The notes beneath the pieces were generated by a model. That model ran no database searches. It had not been told where the DNA came from and was given only the letters and a program-made list of their open reading frames with translations. Source: Minisyncoccota bacterium (GTDB taxonomy: Bacteria > Patescibacteriota > Minisyncoccia > Phycocordibacterales > SW-6-46-9). From it: a stretch of 64,000 nucleotides of DNA. Every line of letters starts with the position of its first letter. Within the stretch, counting starts at the first letter, position 1. The translations under genes were made by a program, and so were the position numbers. This document shows, in pieces, positions 47,700 to 57,981 of the stretch. The stretch spans positions 21,337-85,336 of the forward strand of contig JBBDRP010000002.1 in NCBI GenBank assembly GCA_040905385.1. The letters are read 5' to 3'.

Positions 47700-48794
47700 A
47701 TGAAAATCAAATGTGTATTAGAAAAGTTAAAAGCGGCTGTGTCCAAGACTGAACGGATTACCACTAAGAAAGCTAGCCTTCCTGTACTTGAATGTCTTTT
47801 ACTAGAGGTGGTCGATAATATGCTGTATGTGCGAGCTACTAATCTTGATATTGGAGTTGAGATAAAGATTCCAGTTAAGATGGATGAACCAGGTCGGGTT
47901 GCTGTGCCTGCCTCTGTTTTTTCTCAGTATCTCTCTCATCTTCCATCTGATGGTTCTGTTGAGCTTAAGCATAATGGAAAAACCCTTCGGGTATCCGGAA
48001 GTACCTCAAATACAGAGATTAAAACCCGCGAAGATGATGAATTTCCCTCCATTCCAAAAGTTGAGTCCGGAACCAAAACCGAGCTCTCTACCGAGAAAAT
48101 TACTACTGGTTTTAAGTCGGTCTGGTACGCTGCATCACCATCTAGTATGAAACCGGAGTTATCAAGTGTATATATGTTTAGCGAAGATGGAGATCTCTTC
48201 TTTGTGGCGACCGACTCCTTTCGCTTGGCAGAAAAAGTAATTAAGGATACCAGTGTTGGTGATATTTCAGTCTTGATTCCACACCAGAATGTGGCCGAGA
48301 TAATTCGAGTAATTAGTGATCTGGATACAGACGCCACAATTACGGTTGGCGAAAACCAGGTAACGCTCATGGCCGGCGACACGTATATTTCAAGCCGTCT
48401 TATTGATGGTTCATTTCCAGATTATAAAAAAATAATCCCTGACAGCAGTGATGTCTCTATCAATGTGTCGGTAAATGAGCTTTCTAATTCACTGCGAATT
48501 TCCGATATTTTTTCCGATAAGTTTAACCAACTCACAATTACGGTTAATCCAGATAATAAAACTCTTCAACTAACCAGTAGTAATACTGATATTGGTGAAA
48601 ATACTACAAGTATTCCAGTTGATGTAAAAGGGGTGGATTTATCAGTTCAGTTTAACCACCGTTATATCACTGACGTATTTGGATCTATTTCCACACCAGA
48701 AGTACAGCTGAACCTTTCTCAGGATGCGCCAATGGTAATAAAACCTAAAGGAGATGAATCCTTTCAGTATCTCGTAATGCCGATGAGTAACTAA
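47700..48794 (+). CDS. dnaN: DNA polymerase III beta clamp
   Basis: ATNLDIG, VATDSFRLA, SRLIDGSFPDY, YLVMPM. Confidence 0.97.
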   Translation: MKIKCVLEKLKAAVSKTERITTKKASLPVLECLLLEVVDNMLYVRATNLDIGVEIKIPVKMDEPGRVAVPASVFSQYLSHLPSDGSVELKHNGKTLRVSGSTSNTEIKTREDDEFPSIPKVESGTKTELSTEKITTGFKSVWYAASPSSMKPELSSVYMFSEDGDLFFVATDSFRLAEKVIKDTSVGDISVLIPHQNVAEIIRVISDLDTDATITVGENQVTLMAGDTYISSRLIDGSFPDYKKIIPDSSDVSINVSVNELSNSLRISDIFSDKFNQLTITVNPDNKTLQLTSSNTDIGENTTSIPVDVKGVDLSVQFNHRYITDVFGSISTPEVQLNLSQDAPMVIKPKGDESFQYLVMPMSN

Positions 48795-48801
48795 TCAACT
48801 T

Positions 48802-49059
48802 ATGGAGATTCCAATTGATAAAATTCTGCAGAAGTACACACTGTCTGCACCAGATCGTACAGTTCATAAGAAGGTTATAGAGACGATTAAAGTAGTAGTT
48901 GGAGTAGATGTACCACTTGAGGCGGTAATGTATCAGAATGGAAGAATACACGTGGATACATCACCACTCTTGCGGTCACAGATACATATTCATAAAGAAG
49001 AAATCCTCAAGCTTCTCAAAGAGAAGCTTGAGGGTAAAAAAATCAAGGACGTTCGTTAA
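48802..49059 (+). CDS. Small protein, DciA/DUF721-like
   Basis: Directly after dnaN. KH-like pattern YQNGRIHV..SPLLRSQI..HKEEIL..L......IKDVR. Confidence 0.55.
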   Translation: MEIPIDKILQKYTLSAPDRTVHKKVIETIKVVVGVDVPLEAVMYQNGRIHVDTSPLLRSQIHIHKEEILKLLKEKLEGKKIKDVR

Positions 49060-49060
49060 A

Positions 49061-51508
49061 TTATCGTACCGAGAAGTTGTGATTTAAGGTTTCTTGCTCA
49101 CCTTCCTCATTTGTTCCTTGAATAGTTAGTACGTTACCATCACTATCACTAATATTATCTATATCACGTGGCATAAATGAAACTGAAAATGGCTGACTAT
49201 TATCAGTGTCAATCAGTTCATTGTTTACATAAAGCTCTAGTTTTTCAAGACGTCCGTTGTCCTCTGCCTCGATACGTACACGTTGGTTTTCTGTATAAGA
49301 TGGACGTAGATCAGTGGTGATTATGAGAATATCACCTTCTCCTTCTGAGTTGTCTGAATCATTTGACACACCATTACTATCGGCAATATCAGCATCAATT
49401 TCCTTAAATTCATCTCCTTCAATCCACTGACGCACCGAGTACTCCCAGTTTCTATACTGCCCATCACTCGTTGGATTAGAGGGGATTGGTCCACGAGGAC
49501 TCCTTTTATCTACCCAATGAAGAATATTATGGACTCCACCTATTAATCCTCCTTCTTCGTTAAAGTATCCTCCCTGCCATTGTCCTTGCAAGATAGGTTT
49601 TAGATTTTCTATATTTTCTCTATTTGGAGATCTAAAATATTCATCATCTCCCATTTTCTCAAGAGCGATCTGCATGAACTCCTGCCACATCGGCGCCACC
49701 ACAAACCCAGCCACCTCGCCATTAACCGGTGTATTGTCGTTATTACCTGACCAGATACCAACTGATACAGTTGGGCTGTAACCAACCGTCCAGAGGTCAA
49801 GAAAGTTATTAGTGGTACCGGTTTTTGCGGCTACATCACTGCTGGGAAAGTGGAGTGGTGAGTTGGGGCCAAAGGATGGTGTGCGAGCTACATTATCTGA
49901 TAGAATATCGTTAATTAACTGAGCTGTATTACTAGATAGTACTTGTTCTGGATCTTCTTGAAACTCTTCTAATACATCTCCATCGATATTTTCTATGCGC
50001 ATAATTCCGGTGTGTGGATGGCGCACACCGTTATTACCAAATACTCCATACGCACTTGTGAGGTCCAGCAAGGTCACTTCACCGGATCCTAGTACAAGTG
50101 ATAATCCGTACTGATTAGTAGTATTATTAAGCGTAGAGATTCCCATATTTCTAGCCGTGTCCAGTGACTGCTCCATTCCGGCTAAATAAAAGGTCTTTAC
50201 AGCCGGAACATTAACTGATTGAGCTAGTGCATTACGTAAAGAAATTGGACCCCGAAAAGCCTCGTCGTAGTTTTCAGGAGAGAAGCAGCCATCTTCACTG
50301 TTTAATTGCGAGGCTGCACAATTAACTGAAAACTGTGTTGGTAGGTCAAAAACAACTGTACTTGGGGTATATCCACGATTAAACGCAGTAGCGTAAATAA
50401 ATGGCTTAAAGGATGAGCCTGGCTGCCGGGCGGCGGTGGCGGCATTGAAGTTTCCTTGAATTTCTTCATTCTCATAATCTCTGGAACCAACCATGGTGAT
50501 AATCTGACCTGTTTTTGGATCAATTGCTACCAGTGCGGCATTCGAGGCATTGAAACGTTGGTTATTCTGCTCTCCATACTCGGCCAAAATCTCCTCTGCC
50601 TGCTGCTGAAGCTCGTAATCTAAGGTTGTAATAACCTTAAGACCTTGGCGCTCAATACCACTGACACCGTACTGCTGCTCGAGATACTCACGGATAAAGA
50701 ACACAAAATGAGGAGCCCGGATAGAGGAACCGCTCTCATTTAGAAAGGTAATTTCATCAATCAATGCCTCTTGATACTCAGTCTCAGTAATAAAGCCATT
50801 GTTTCGCATCTCTCGTAGTACTTTATTCTTACGAATTTCTAACTGGTTCTGATTATTCCAGTAGTAGGTAGGGGCTTGTGGAAGAGCTGCTAAGTAAGAT
50901 GACTCAACGATGGATAGATCACTAGCTGCTTTACCAAAGTAGCGATCAGCGGCTTCCTCAGCGCCGTACACACGACCTCCATATGGAGTTTCGTTGAGAT
51001 ATATTTCCAGAATAGTGTCTTTATTAATTTGACTGTCAATTCGAATGGCGAGGATCCATTCTTTTAGTTTACGAGGAATGGTTTTTTCTGGGGTAAGAAG
51101 CGTATTTTTTACTACCTGCTGGGTAATGGTGGACCCTCCTTGTGCAAACTCAAGGCTGCGAAGATTAGTTATCATTGCTCGTAGAATAGCGCTTGGTTGA
51201 ATACCATGGTGATTATAAAAATTACTGTCCTCGATAGCGATGGTAGCGTCAATAAGGTTTTGTGATATATCTTCCAGTTTAACTCGGGTTCGTCGGACAT
51301 CTCTATTCAAATCGTACAGAACAATCTCTCCAGTTCGATCGTATATTTTAGTTGACTGCTGTACCTGACGATTGGTAAAGGAGTCAAAGTCAGGAATGTT
51401 AAAGGTTGATACCCAGATAAAACCAACCCCGGCCAGAATAATGGAACCAATCAGGAAGATTTTTCCAGCTCCCCACAAAAAACCTTTAGTTTTAGCAAAT
51501 TTTGACAT
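49061..51508 (-). CDS. Class A penicillin-binding protein (PBP1a)
   Basis: EDSNFYNHHG, QGGSTITQQ, RKLKE, SSFK, SVN, KTG motifs. Confidence 0.95.
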   Translation of the reverse strand: MSKFAKTKGFLWGAGKIFLIGSIILAGVGFIWVSTFNIPDFDSFTNRQVQQSTKIYDRTGEIVLYDLNRDVRRTRVKLEDISQNLIDATIAIEDSNFYNHHGIQPSAILRAMITNLRSLEFAQGGSTITQQVVKNTLLTPEKTIPRKLKEWILAIRIDSQINKDTILEIYLNETPYGGRVYGAEEAADRYFGKAASDLSIVESSYLAALPQAPTYYWNNQNQLEIRKNKVLREMRNNGFITETEYQEALIDEITFLNESGSSIRAPHFVFFIREYLEQQYGVSGIERQGLKVITTLDYELQQQAEEILAEYGEQNNQRFNASNAALVAIDPKTGQIITMVGSRDYENEEIQGNFNAATAARQPGSSFKPFIYATAFNRGYTPSTVVFDLPTQFSVNCAASQLNSEDGCFSPENYDEAFRGPISLRNALAQSVNVPAVKTFYLAGMEQSLDTARNMGISTLNNTTNQYGLSLVLGSGEVTLLDLTSAYGVFGNNGVRHPHTGIMRIENIDGDVLEEFQEDPEQVLSSNTAQLINDILSDNVARTPSFGPNSPLHFPSSDVAAKTGTTNNFLDLWTVGYSPTVSVGIWSGNNDNTPVNGEVAGFVVAPMWQEFMQIALEKMGDDEYFRSPNRENIENLKPILQGQWQGGYFNEEGGLIGGVHNILHWVDKRSPRGPIPSNPTSDGQYRNWEYSVRQWIEGDEFKEIDADIADSNGVSNDSDNSEGEGDILIITTDLRPSYTENQRVRIEAEDNGRLEKLELYVNNELIDTDNSQPFSVSFMPRDIDNISDSDGNVLTIQGTNEEGEQETLNHNFSVR

Positions 51509-51579
51509 ATAATCAAGCTATTCTCGATAATTAAGCGTACGCGTCTTCATAAAGACCGTCAATAGTGTAAGCTGACAGT

Positions 51580-52794
51580 ATGTCAATTATAACTGATGAG
51601 AAAAAAATAGCCGAAATACTGGAACGATCGGTGGATACCATCTATCCAGACAAGGAATCTCTAAAGGAGCGGATGATGAGTGGGGAGCTGTTACGGATTT
51701 ATGCTGGAGTTGATGCTACCGGACCGCGTCTCCATCTTGGTCACGCTATCAATTACCTTATGCTGAAGCGATTTCACCAGCTGGGACACAAGGTAATAAT
51801 TTTAATTGGTGATTTTACCGCTACAATTGGTGATCCTTCAGACAAGACCTCGGCTCGAAATCGACTTACTAAAAAGGAAGTACAAAAAAATTTTCAAGAA
51901 TTCAAGGATCAGATTGGGAAGATTATAGATCTTAAAAATACAGATAATCCTGTAGAATTTCGTTTTAATAGTGAATGGCTGGCAGAACTATCCTTTTCTG
52001 ACGTGGTTGATCTGGCAAGTAATTTTACGGTACAACAAATGATTGAACGGGACGTTTTTCGTCGCCGTCTAGATGATGAAAAACCACTTTATGTTCATGA
52101 GTTTTTCTATCCGTTGATGCAGGGGTACGACACGGTAGCGCTGGAAGCAGATGTTGAGATTGGCGGTACTGATCAGACCTTTAACATGCTGGCCGGCCGT
52201 ACCTTGCGAAAGCGTATGGAGGGAAAAGAGAAGTTTGTGATTACCCATCCATTGCTTGAGGATCCAAATACCGGTGAGATGCTGATGAGTAAATCCGAAG
52301 GTCGTGGTGTTTTTCTAGATGATGAGCCGGCGGAAATGTTTGCGCAGGTGATGCGGATTCCCGATAGTGGCATTGTTCAGTTTCTTACCCACTGTACAGA
52401 TGTTTCTCTTGACGTAATCTCTGAGAAGGAGAGGCAGCTGTCGGCTGGTGAGAATCCACGTGATGTAAAGCTGGCTCTGGCTGAAGAGATTGTGACACTT
52501 CTACATGATAAAGATGCGGCAAAAGAGGCGAAAAATAGCTTTATATCGACATTTTCTGACAATGATATTCCTAAGGATATCCAAGAGATTGCGGCTGGTA
52601 GTGGTGATCAGTTAATTGATCTCTTGAACGAAGCCGAGATAGTGCCAAGTAAAACCCAGTTCCGCCGTCTGGTGGAGCAGGGAGCAATCACGAACCTAGA
52701 CACTGATGAGAAGGTGGTGGATCCAAACCTGGAAGTCACCAAAACAACTAACTTCAAGATTGGTAAACACCGCTTTGTAAAAGTTGTGGTGTAA
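51580..52794 (+). CDS. tyrS: Tyrosine--tRNA ligase
   Basis: HLGH, IGDPS, YPLMQGYD, GGTDQTFN, LMSKS, C-terminal S4 domain. Confidence 0.97.
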   Translation: MSIITDEKKIAEILERSVDTIYPDKESLKERMMSGELLRIYAGVDATGPRLHLGHAINYLMLKRFHQLGHKVIILIGDFTATIGDPSDKTSARNRLTKKEVQKNFQEFKDQIGKIIDLKNTDNPVEFRFNSEWLAELSFSDVVDLASNFTVQQMIERDVFRRRLDDEKPLYVHEFFYPLMQGYDTVALEADVEIGGTDQTFNMLAGRTLRKRMEGKEKFVITHPLLEDPNTGEMLMSKSEGRGVFLDDEPAEMFAQVMRIPDSGIVQFLTHCTDVSLDVISEKERQLSAGENPRDVKLALAEEIVTLLHDKDAAKEAKNSFISTFSDNDIPKDIQEIAAGSGDQLIDLLNEAEIVPSKTQFRRLVEQGAITNLDTDEKVVDPNLEVTKTTNFKIGKHRFVKVVV

Positions 52795-52803
52795 AGGACG
52801 TTC

Positions 52804-52992
52804 ACATCCAGCTACTCGCTTAGCATGAGTCAAGCTCTCCGCTCCCCAGCACTTTACGAGTAAAGTGCTGGGTGCGCGAGGCACGCGAGAAGCAGATGTT
52901 CACTTTAAGGAAACTGTGCAACACTTAGTGTTGCACAGTTAAAAAAGCGCTAGATAAAGCGAGCGCTTCGACTTGCGGAGTGCTCGCGGCTT
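52804..52992. repeat. Cluster of nested hairpins
   Basis: 13-bp stem 52845-52872, 14-bp stem 52912-52940, additional imperfect stems. Confidence 0.7.
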
Positions 52993-53043
52993 TCATTAGG
53001 TTGTATACTTATCTCTCGAAAAACCAGAAAGTTCAAGCACTTG

Positions 53044-53131
53044 AATGAACACCCGACATCTTTTTTTGTATACAAAAAAAGAACGGTTGTGTGAATTTAT
53101 GTCCGAATTTTGCATGTCAAAATTCCTGGAC
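53044..53131 (+). repeat. Dispersed two-stem repeat, family D, copy 3
   Basis: Same scaffold as 1904 and 30116 with shortened stems. Confidence 0.9.
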
Positions 53132-53176
53132 CAAGTCGGCACTTTTTTATAAAATTACAAAACGCAATAGATGTAT

Positions 53177-53647
53177 TCATCCTTCATGTGCCAGGCAGGT
53201 GATACCAACCGCAACGGCATCGTACTCATCATCGTGTTTTGCATCACCCCGAACATCAACTAATTGTGTAACCATCTGAATCATTTGCTCTTTAGGACTT
53301 TTTCCATATCCAGTCACAGCGGTCTTTATTTCCTGTGGAGCGTATTCATAAACTGCTATTCCGGCTGCTTTGGCGGTCAGTATAATACCTCCCTTCACCT
53401 GGGCTACCTTCATGGCAGTAGTGGTATTCTGGTTAAAGAAGAGTTTCTCAATTGCTAATCCGTCTGGATCGTGTTTCTCAATCACATCGGCCACGAAGTT
53501 ACAGATCTGGAGCAGTCGATCGGTAAAATCAGTACCGCTTTGGGTTTCTATACAGTCGGAGAACTCACAGGTTTGTTTTACGGCGTTTCCAGAAAGCACA
53601 GCGATTCCGCAGCGACCGTATCCTGGATCGATTGAGACTATTTTCAT
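53177..53647 (-). CDS. ruvC: Holliday junction resolvase RuvC
   Basis: IDPGYGRCG, IEKLFFNQN, GYGKSPKEQ, DDEYDAVA. Confidence 0.95.
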   Translation of the reverse strand: MKIVSIDPGYGRCGIAVLSGNAVKQTCEFSDCIETQSGTDFTDRLLQICNFVADVIEKHDPDGLAIEKLFFNQNTTTAMKVAQVKGGIILTAKAAGIAVYEYAPQEIKTAVTGYGKSPKEQMIQMVTQLVDVRGDAKHDDEYDAVAVGITCLAHEG

Positions 53648-53662
53648 AAAGCAAGTAAGAAA

Positions 53663-54205
53663 TTAGGCAGCATTCGTAAAGACCGTTCGTACTTCTTCAT
53701 TATCTTCGAGTTCGTCTAAGATTTTGTTGAGCTTTTCGTTGCTCTCATCATCAAGCTCAATTTTGTTTTGTGGTGTCCAGCGTCGGTAGCCGTCACCATC
53801 ACGACTCTTCTCAAAGGCCCAAACCACAGCACCGGGCTTAGCCAGCTCAATCCCGTGCTCGGACAGAATATGACGAATCTCGGCGGCTGATTTATTGCGG
53901 TTGCTGGTTTCGGATTCAATAATGATCTGACTGCCACCTGGTCCGTAGGATTCATAGGTTATTTCTTGCGATCCTTCGGCGGCGGTTGTGGCGCGTTCGA
54001 TGGCATCCTGAATGTTGTCCTTGGGCATGTTGGCATCCTTGGCTTCAGCGATTGCCTGTTGTAATCCCGGGTCATTCATATCACCTTTGCAGCGCTTTGC
54101 TTCAGTTTGAATTTGATCAACAAGCTTGGAGAAGACCTTGCTTCGCTCCTTATCCTTTTTCTCCTTCTTTCTTTTTATTTTTGACCATTTATTGTGTCCA
54201 GACAT
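53663..54205 (-). CDS. yebC: YebC/PmpR family protein (short form)
   Basis: MSGHNKWSKIKRKK, NMPKDNI, YESYGPGG. Confidence 0.95.
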   Translation of the reverse strand: MSGHNKWSKIKRKKEKKDKERSKVFSKLVDQIQTEAKRCKGDMNDPGLQQAIAEAKDANMPKDNIQDAIERATTAAEGSQEITYESYGPGGSQIIIESETSNRNKSAAEIRHILSEHGIELAKPGAVVWAFEKSRDGDGYRRWTPQNKIELDDESNEKLNKILDELEDNEEVRTVFTNAA

Positions 54206-54467
54206 GATTAAATGATTGATTATTTTATGAATGATGGTGAAATAAAATATCACCATCATTTAATTACCCAGCTTGGTTTTTGTAGTGAGTTTGAACTTAC
54301 CAGTTATGGTAAATTTTGTTGGTTTATGTAAAAAGTAAGATAAATGTAAAGTAACAAAAGCGGAGCTGTGGTGACTTTTATACTATCACAAACCTACCGG
54401 TGTTTATATAAAAAAACCGCACAACACTTACTAGTGCTGTACGATTTAATGTTAAAAGTTAAGATTA

Positions 54468-55004
54468 TTATTTAGAAGCAAAAATCTTGCCTGCAATCTC
54501 GAGGATCTTTTTGGGGACTGTTTCTTCTTTTTCAAAACCATCCTCATGTTCTTCCTCATAACTAACGGATGGTTTTATGGATCTGTTTCTGATAGCAAAA
54601 TAAATATTTCGCATATCTTCGATATTTCCTCCCAGCATAGATAAGACATAGTACCTATTCAGGCTGCCTCCTTCCCGCACATACCTTTTTTTAACCTCGG
54701 CTCTCGCTGATTGGTGGTGGTATACCCCTCGCTCAATAGATGGTAATGAAGGTATATCTTCTTCTCGGAAAGATATAATTTTCACAACATCAGAAATCAC
54801 ATTAGGAATATCTTCCATAAGCACACTTGCTGCACTTTTAAAAAGATAGTGATCACCCGTATTTGTATCAATCCTTAAATTGATACCAGGTATCTCATAC
54901 TTAGCCCAGTCTGAGCCCGTGGAGTTTTCTGGGATGTTCTCAGATGTTGCTAACTCCATTTCTTTGAGTTTTTCGGAGTCGAGATATATGTGTAATGTAG
55001 CCAT
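54468..55004 (-). CDS. ORFan cassette protein
   Basis: TTGACA(55148)-17-TATAAA promoter, AAGGAG SD, AT-rich, terminator ~54410-54447. Splits ruvB from yebC-ruvC. Confidence 0.7.
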   Translation of the reverse strand: MATLHIYLDSEKLKEMELATSENIPENSTGSDWAKYEIPGINLRIDTNTGDHYLFKSAASVLMEDIPNVISDVVKIISFREEDIPSLPSIERGVYHHQSARAEVKKRYVREGGSLNRYYVLSMLGGNIEDMRNIYFAIRNRSIKPSVSYEEEHEDGFEKEETVPKKILEIAGKIFASK

Positions 55005-55231
55005 TGTTTCTCCTTTTTTTGCGTTGTCAAAGTTATGCTGGATCTTTTAGATCTAAGCGTTTTCGATCAACTATTGGATTTTGAAATATATGTCGGCTTT
55101 TCCGACGAATCTGACTATATTTATACACTCTTTATATTATATTGTCAAGTACAAGATTACTTTTTCTATAAAAACAACAAAAACGTCAATATTGGCGTTT
55201 TATTCGTTATATGCTACACGATGCATATTTC

Positions 55232-56236
55232 CTACAACCCCAACTCCTTATTCTCCGGTACATCGTACCCGAGGTGTTTGTGCGCTCGTGGAGTGGCAAC
55301 GCGGCCGCGAGAGGTGCGCTCCAGAAACCCTTCACGCATTAGATACGGCTCATACACCTCCTCGATGGTGCTGGGGTCCTCGGCAATCGCTGCGGCCAGG
55401 GTTTTGACCCCAACCGGGCCACCAGAGAATTTATCAATGATTGTCTCCAGGACACGGCGATCATCATCGCCGAGCCCTTTCTCATCTATTGCTAGAAGAT
55501 TCAGCGCCTCCTGAGCGCTTTTCTTGGTTAGCGCGGTGCCATTAACCTGGGCGTAATCACGACAGCGCTTCAGGAAGTAGTTGGCGGTTCGTGGAGTGTA
55601 GCGACTGCGCTGGGCAATCTCTTCCAGGGCTTCTTCATCAGCTTCCAGATCCAGAATATCGGCCGAGCGGGTGAGGATCTGCTTGATCTCTTCAGGAGTA
55701 TAGAAGTCCAGACGAAAAACACCACCCGAGAAGCGACTGCGGAGTGGAGAGGAGACCTGGGCTGCCTGGGTCGTGGCAGCCACCATGGTAAATGGCGGCA
55801 GATCCAGCTGAATCGTACGCGCCGACGGGCCCTTACCGATTACGATATCAAGCTGGCCGCTCTCCATGGCTGGGTAAAGAATCTCTTCGATGGCGGTATT
55901 TAGCCGGTGGATTTCATCAATAAAGAGAATGTCGTGATCAGATAGATTCGTGATGATGGAGGCGAGATCACCAACCTTCTCAATTGCTGGACCACTGGTG
56001 ACCCGGAGCTGTGCGCCGACCTCATTGGCAATTAGGTGGGCGAGGGTGGTTTTTCCCAGCCCGGGTGGGCCATGAAAAAGAATGTGCTCCGGCGCATGTC
56101 CGCGCTCCTTGGCGGCTCGAAGCAGGATCTGCAGATTATCCTTGGTCTTCTGCTGGCCAATGTAGTGCTCCCACGTATTCGGCCGCAGGGTGGCATCGAG
56201 AAATGACTTATCAACGCTTTTACCCGGTGTTTTCAT
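55232..56236 (-). CDS. ruvB: Holliday junction branch migration helicase RuvB
   Basis: LRP..W..YIGQ, GPPGLGKTTLA, FIDEIHRL, YEPYL. Confidence 0.97.
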   Translation of the reverse strand: MKTPGKSVDKSFLDATLRPNTWEHYIGQQKTKDNLQILLRAAKERGHAPEHILFHGPPGLGKTTLAHLIANEVGAQLRVTSGPAIEKVGDLASIITNLSDHDILFIDEIHRLNTAIEEILYPAMESGQLDIVIGKGPSARTIQLDLPPFTMVAATTQAAQVSSPLRSRFSGGVFRLDFYTPEEIKQILTRSADILDLEADEEALEEIAQRSRYTPRTANYFLKRCRDYAQVNGTALTKKSAQEALNLLAIDEKGLGDDDRRVLETIIDKFSGGPVGVKTLAAAIAEDPSTIEEVYEPYLMREGFLERTSRGRVATPRAHKHLGYDVPENKELGL

Positions 56237-56283
56237 ATACCTTCATTATACATAGAGACCGGCTGGACAGTCATTCTGATGGC

Positions 56284-57981
56284 TTACAGAACCAGATCAT
56301 CAATACTGTCATCAAGATCAACAACTCGTCTTAACTCACTGATGTCGGTGATTCCTCGGAGAACTTTTATGATTCCATCCTGAGCCATCGTGAGCAACTG
56401 CTGTTTTTTTGAGGTATGTTCGCGAATTTTTGGGTCGGATGGATTCTCCTGAACAAGTTGCGAGATAACATCATCGACAACAATGGCCTCAAAAACTCCA
56501 ATTCGACCCCGATACCCGGTGTCATTACACTCTGAGCAGCCAACAGCCTTGTACATAGATGTTGCAGACAAAGCGTCCTCATACTCATCTGGGTTAGGAA
56601 TATCCTTCGTTAGTGCATTGATAAGTGGTTTATTCTCTTCGTTTATCTTTATCTCTTGTTTGCAGTTATCGCAAAGGGTGCGAACCAATCGCTGCGCCAT
56701 CACAACATTAACTGATTGGCCGAGTAGATTTTCTTTGATACCAAGCTCGACAAGGCGAGGGAAGGTACCGGCTGCGTCGTTAGTGTGAAGGGTTGAGAGA
56801 ACGCGGTGTCCAGTAAGGCTGGCCTGTACCGCAGTCTTGGCTGTGTCAGTATCACGAATCTCACCAACCATGATAATGTCCGGGTCCTGACGCATGGCGG
56901 CCTTGAGACCGTCATGGAAGGTGTAGTCATCATCGGGGTCAACCTGCGTCTGTACAATTCCGTCCAGATGATACTCGACCGGATTTTCGATAGTGATGGT
57001 TTTTACACCCGGCTGATTTACCTCTTTGAGAAATGAGTACAGCGTGGTTGTTTTACCTGATCCGGTCGGTCCAGTATTTAAAACTAAGCCTTTTGGTCGG
57101 TTGATCTCGTGACGAATCAGGCGCAGAAAGTGTGGCTGCATACCCAGATTTTCCATAGTGATATCAAGTGCAGACTTACTTAGTACCCGCATTACAATTG
57201 CTTCTCCGTAGGTGCTGGGAACAACTGAGCTTCTGACTTCGGTGTCATTTCCTTCTACACGAATACTAAAACGCCCATCCTGTGCCTCATCCTTAATATT
57301 TAATTTCATCCCAGAAAGCAGCTTTATTCGTGAAAGGAGAAGATTATAGGTTCGCTCTGGTATTGAATGTATTTTTTGCAGCACACCATCAATTCGCATA
57401 CGAATAGCCCGCTCTTTTTCTCCGGCTTCAATATGAATATCCGATGCCTTCATCGCAATTGCAGCTGCCACGACTGCCTCTACCATCTCGGTTGTGTCCT
57501 TAGATGTCTCGAGGGTTTCAGTTATAAAATCAATCGCTTCTTTTCTGCTTGGATTTGATTCCAATAGGGCGGAGGCAGCATTTTCCGAGAAACTCACCTT
57601 ACCGGCATCGCTGCGTTCGGCTTTGGAGACATCGGCGTAGTAGCCGAAGGCTTTTTGTAAGCTGGTAGATGATGCCACAAAAATCTGGGTTTCATACCCA
57701 GATTTCTGTAGCTGGTACACAATCGATTGAACACCATCAGCATCCGGCTCGTGGGCGGCAATTTGAAGCCTTTTGTCGACGCGTCCAAAAACAGCCATGT
57801 TGGCAGCTCGGGCTGTTTCTTCATCAACAAGTAAGAGTGCGTCGGTATCAATTGATATACCGGTGAGATCGACATATGAATAGTCACTTTGAGCAGCCTT
57901 CTGCTGGGCAAGGTACTCCTCCTCCTTTTTCCGGAAGGTAGCAAGCTTTTTCTTTTGATCGGTTTCGTTAAAAAGGACCAT
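56284..57981 (-). CDS. pilB: GspE/PilB type IV pilus assembly ATPase
   Basis: ASDIHIE, QDGRF, TGPTGSGKTTTLY, RQDPDIIMVGEIRD, STLHTN, CxxC pairs. Confidence 0.9.
   Translation of the reverse strand: MVLFNETDQKKKLATFRKKEEEYLAQQKAAQSDYSYVDLTGISIDTDALLLVDEETARAANMAVFGRVDKRLQIAAHEPDADGVQSIVYQLQKSGYETQIFVASSTSLQKAFGYYADVSKAERSDAGKVSFSENAASALLESNPSRKEAIDFITETLETSKDTTEMVEAVVAAAIAMKASDIHIEAGEKERAIRMRIDGVLQKIHSIPERTYNLLLSRIKLLSGMKLNIKDEAQDGRFSIRVEGNDTEVRSSVVPSTYGEAIVMRVLSKSALDITMENLGMQPHFLRLIRHEINRPKGLVLNTGPTGSGKTTTLYSFLKEVNQPGVKTITIENPVEYHLDGIVQTQVDPDDDYTFHDGLKAAMRQDPDIIMVGEIRDTDTAKTAVQASLTGHRVLSTLHTNDAAGTFPRLVELGIKENLLGQSVNVVMAQRLVRTLCDNCKQEIKINEENKPLINALTKDIPNPDEYEDALSATSMYKAVGCSECNDTGYRGRIGVFEAIVVDDVISQLVQENPSDPKIREHTSKKQQLLTMAQDGIIKVLRGITDISELRRVVDLDDSIDDLVL

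Noticed and set aside
53177-56236. Absence of ruvA as a novel RuvA-independent system
   Set aside because: ruvA may simply lie outside this window.
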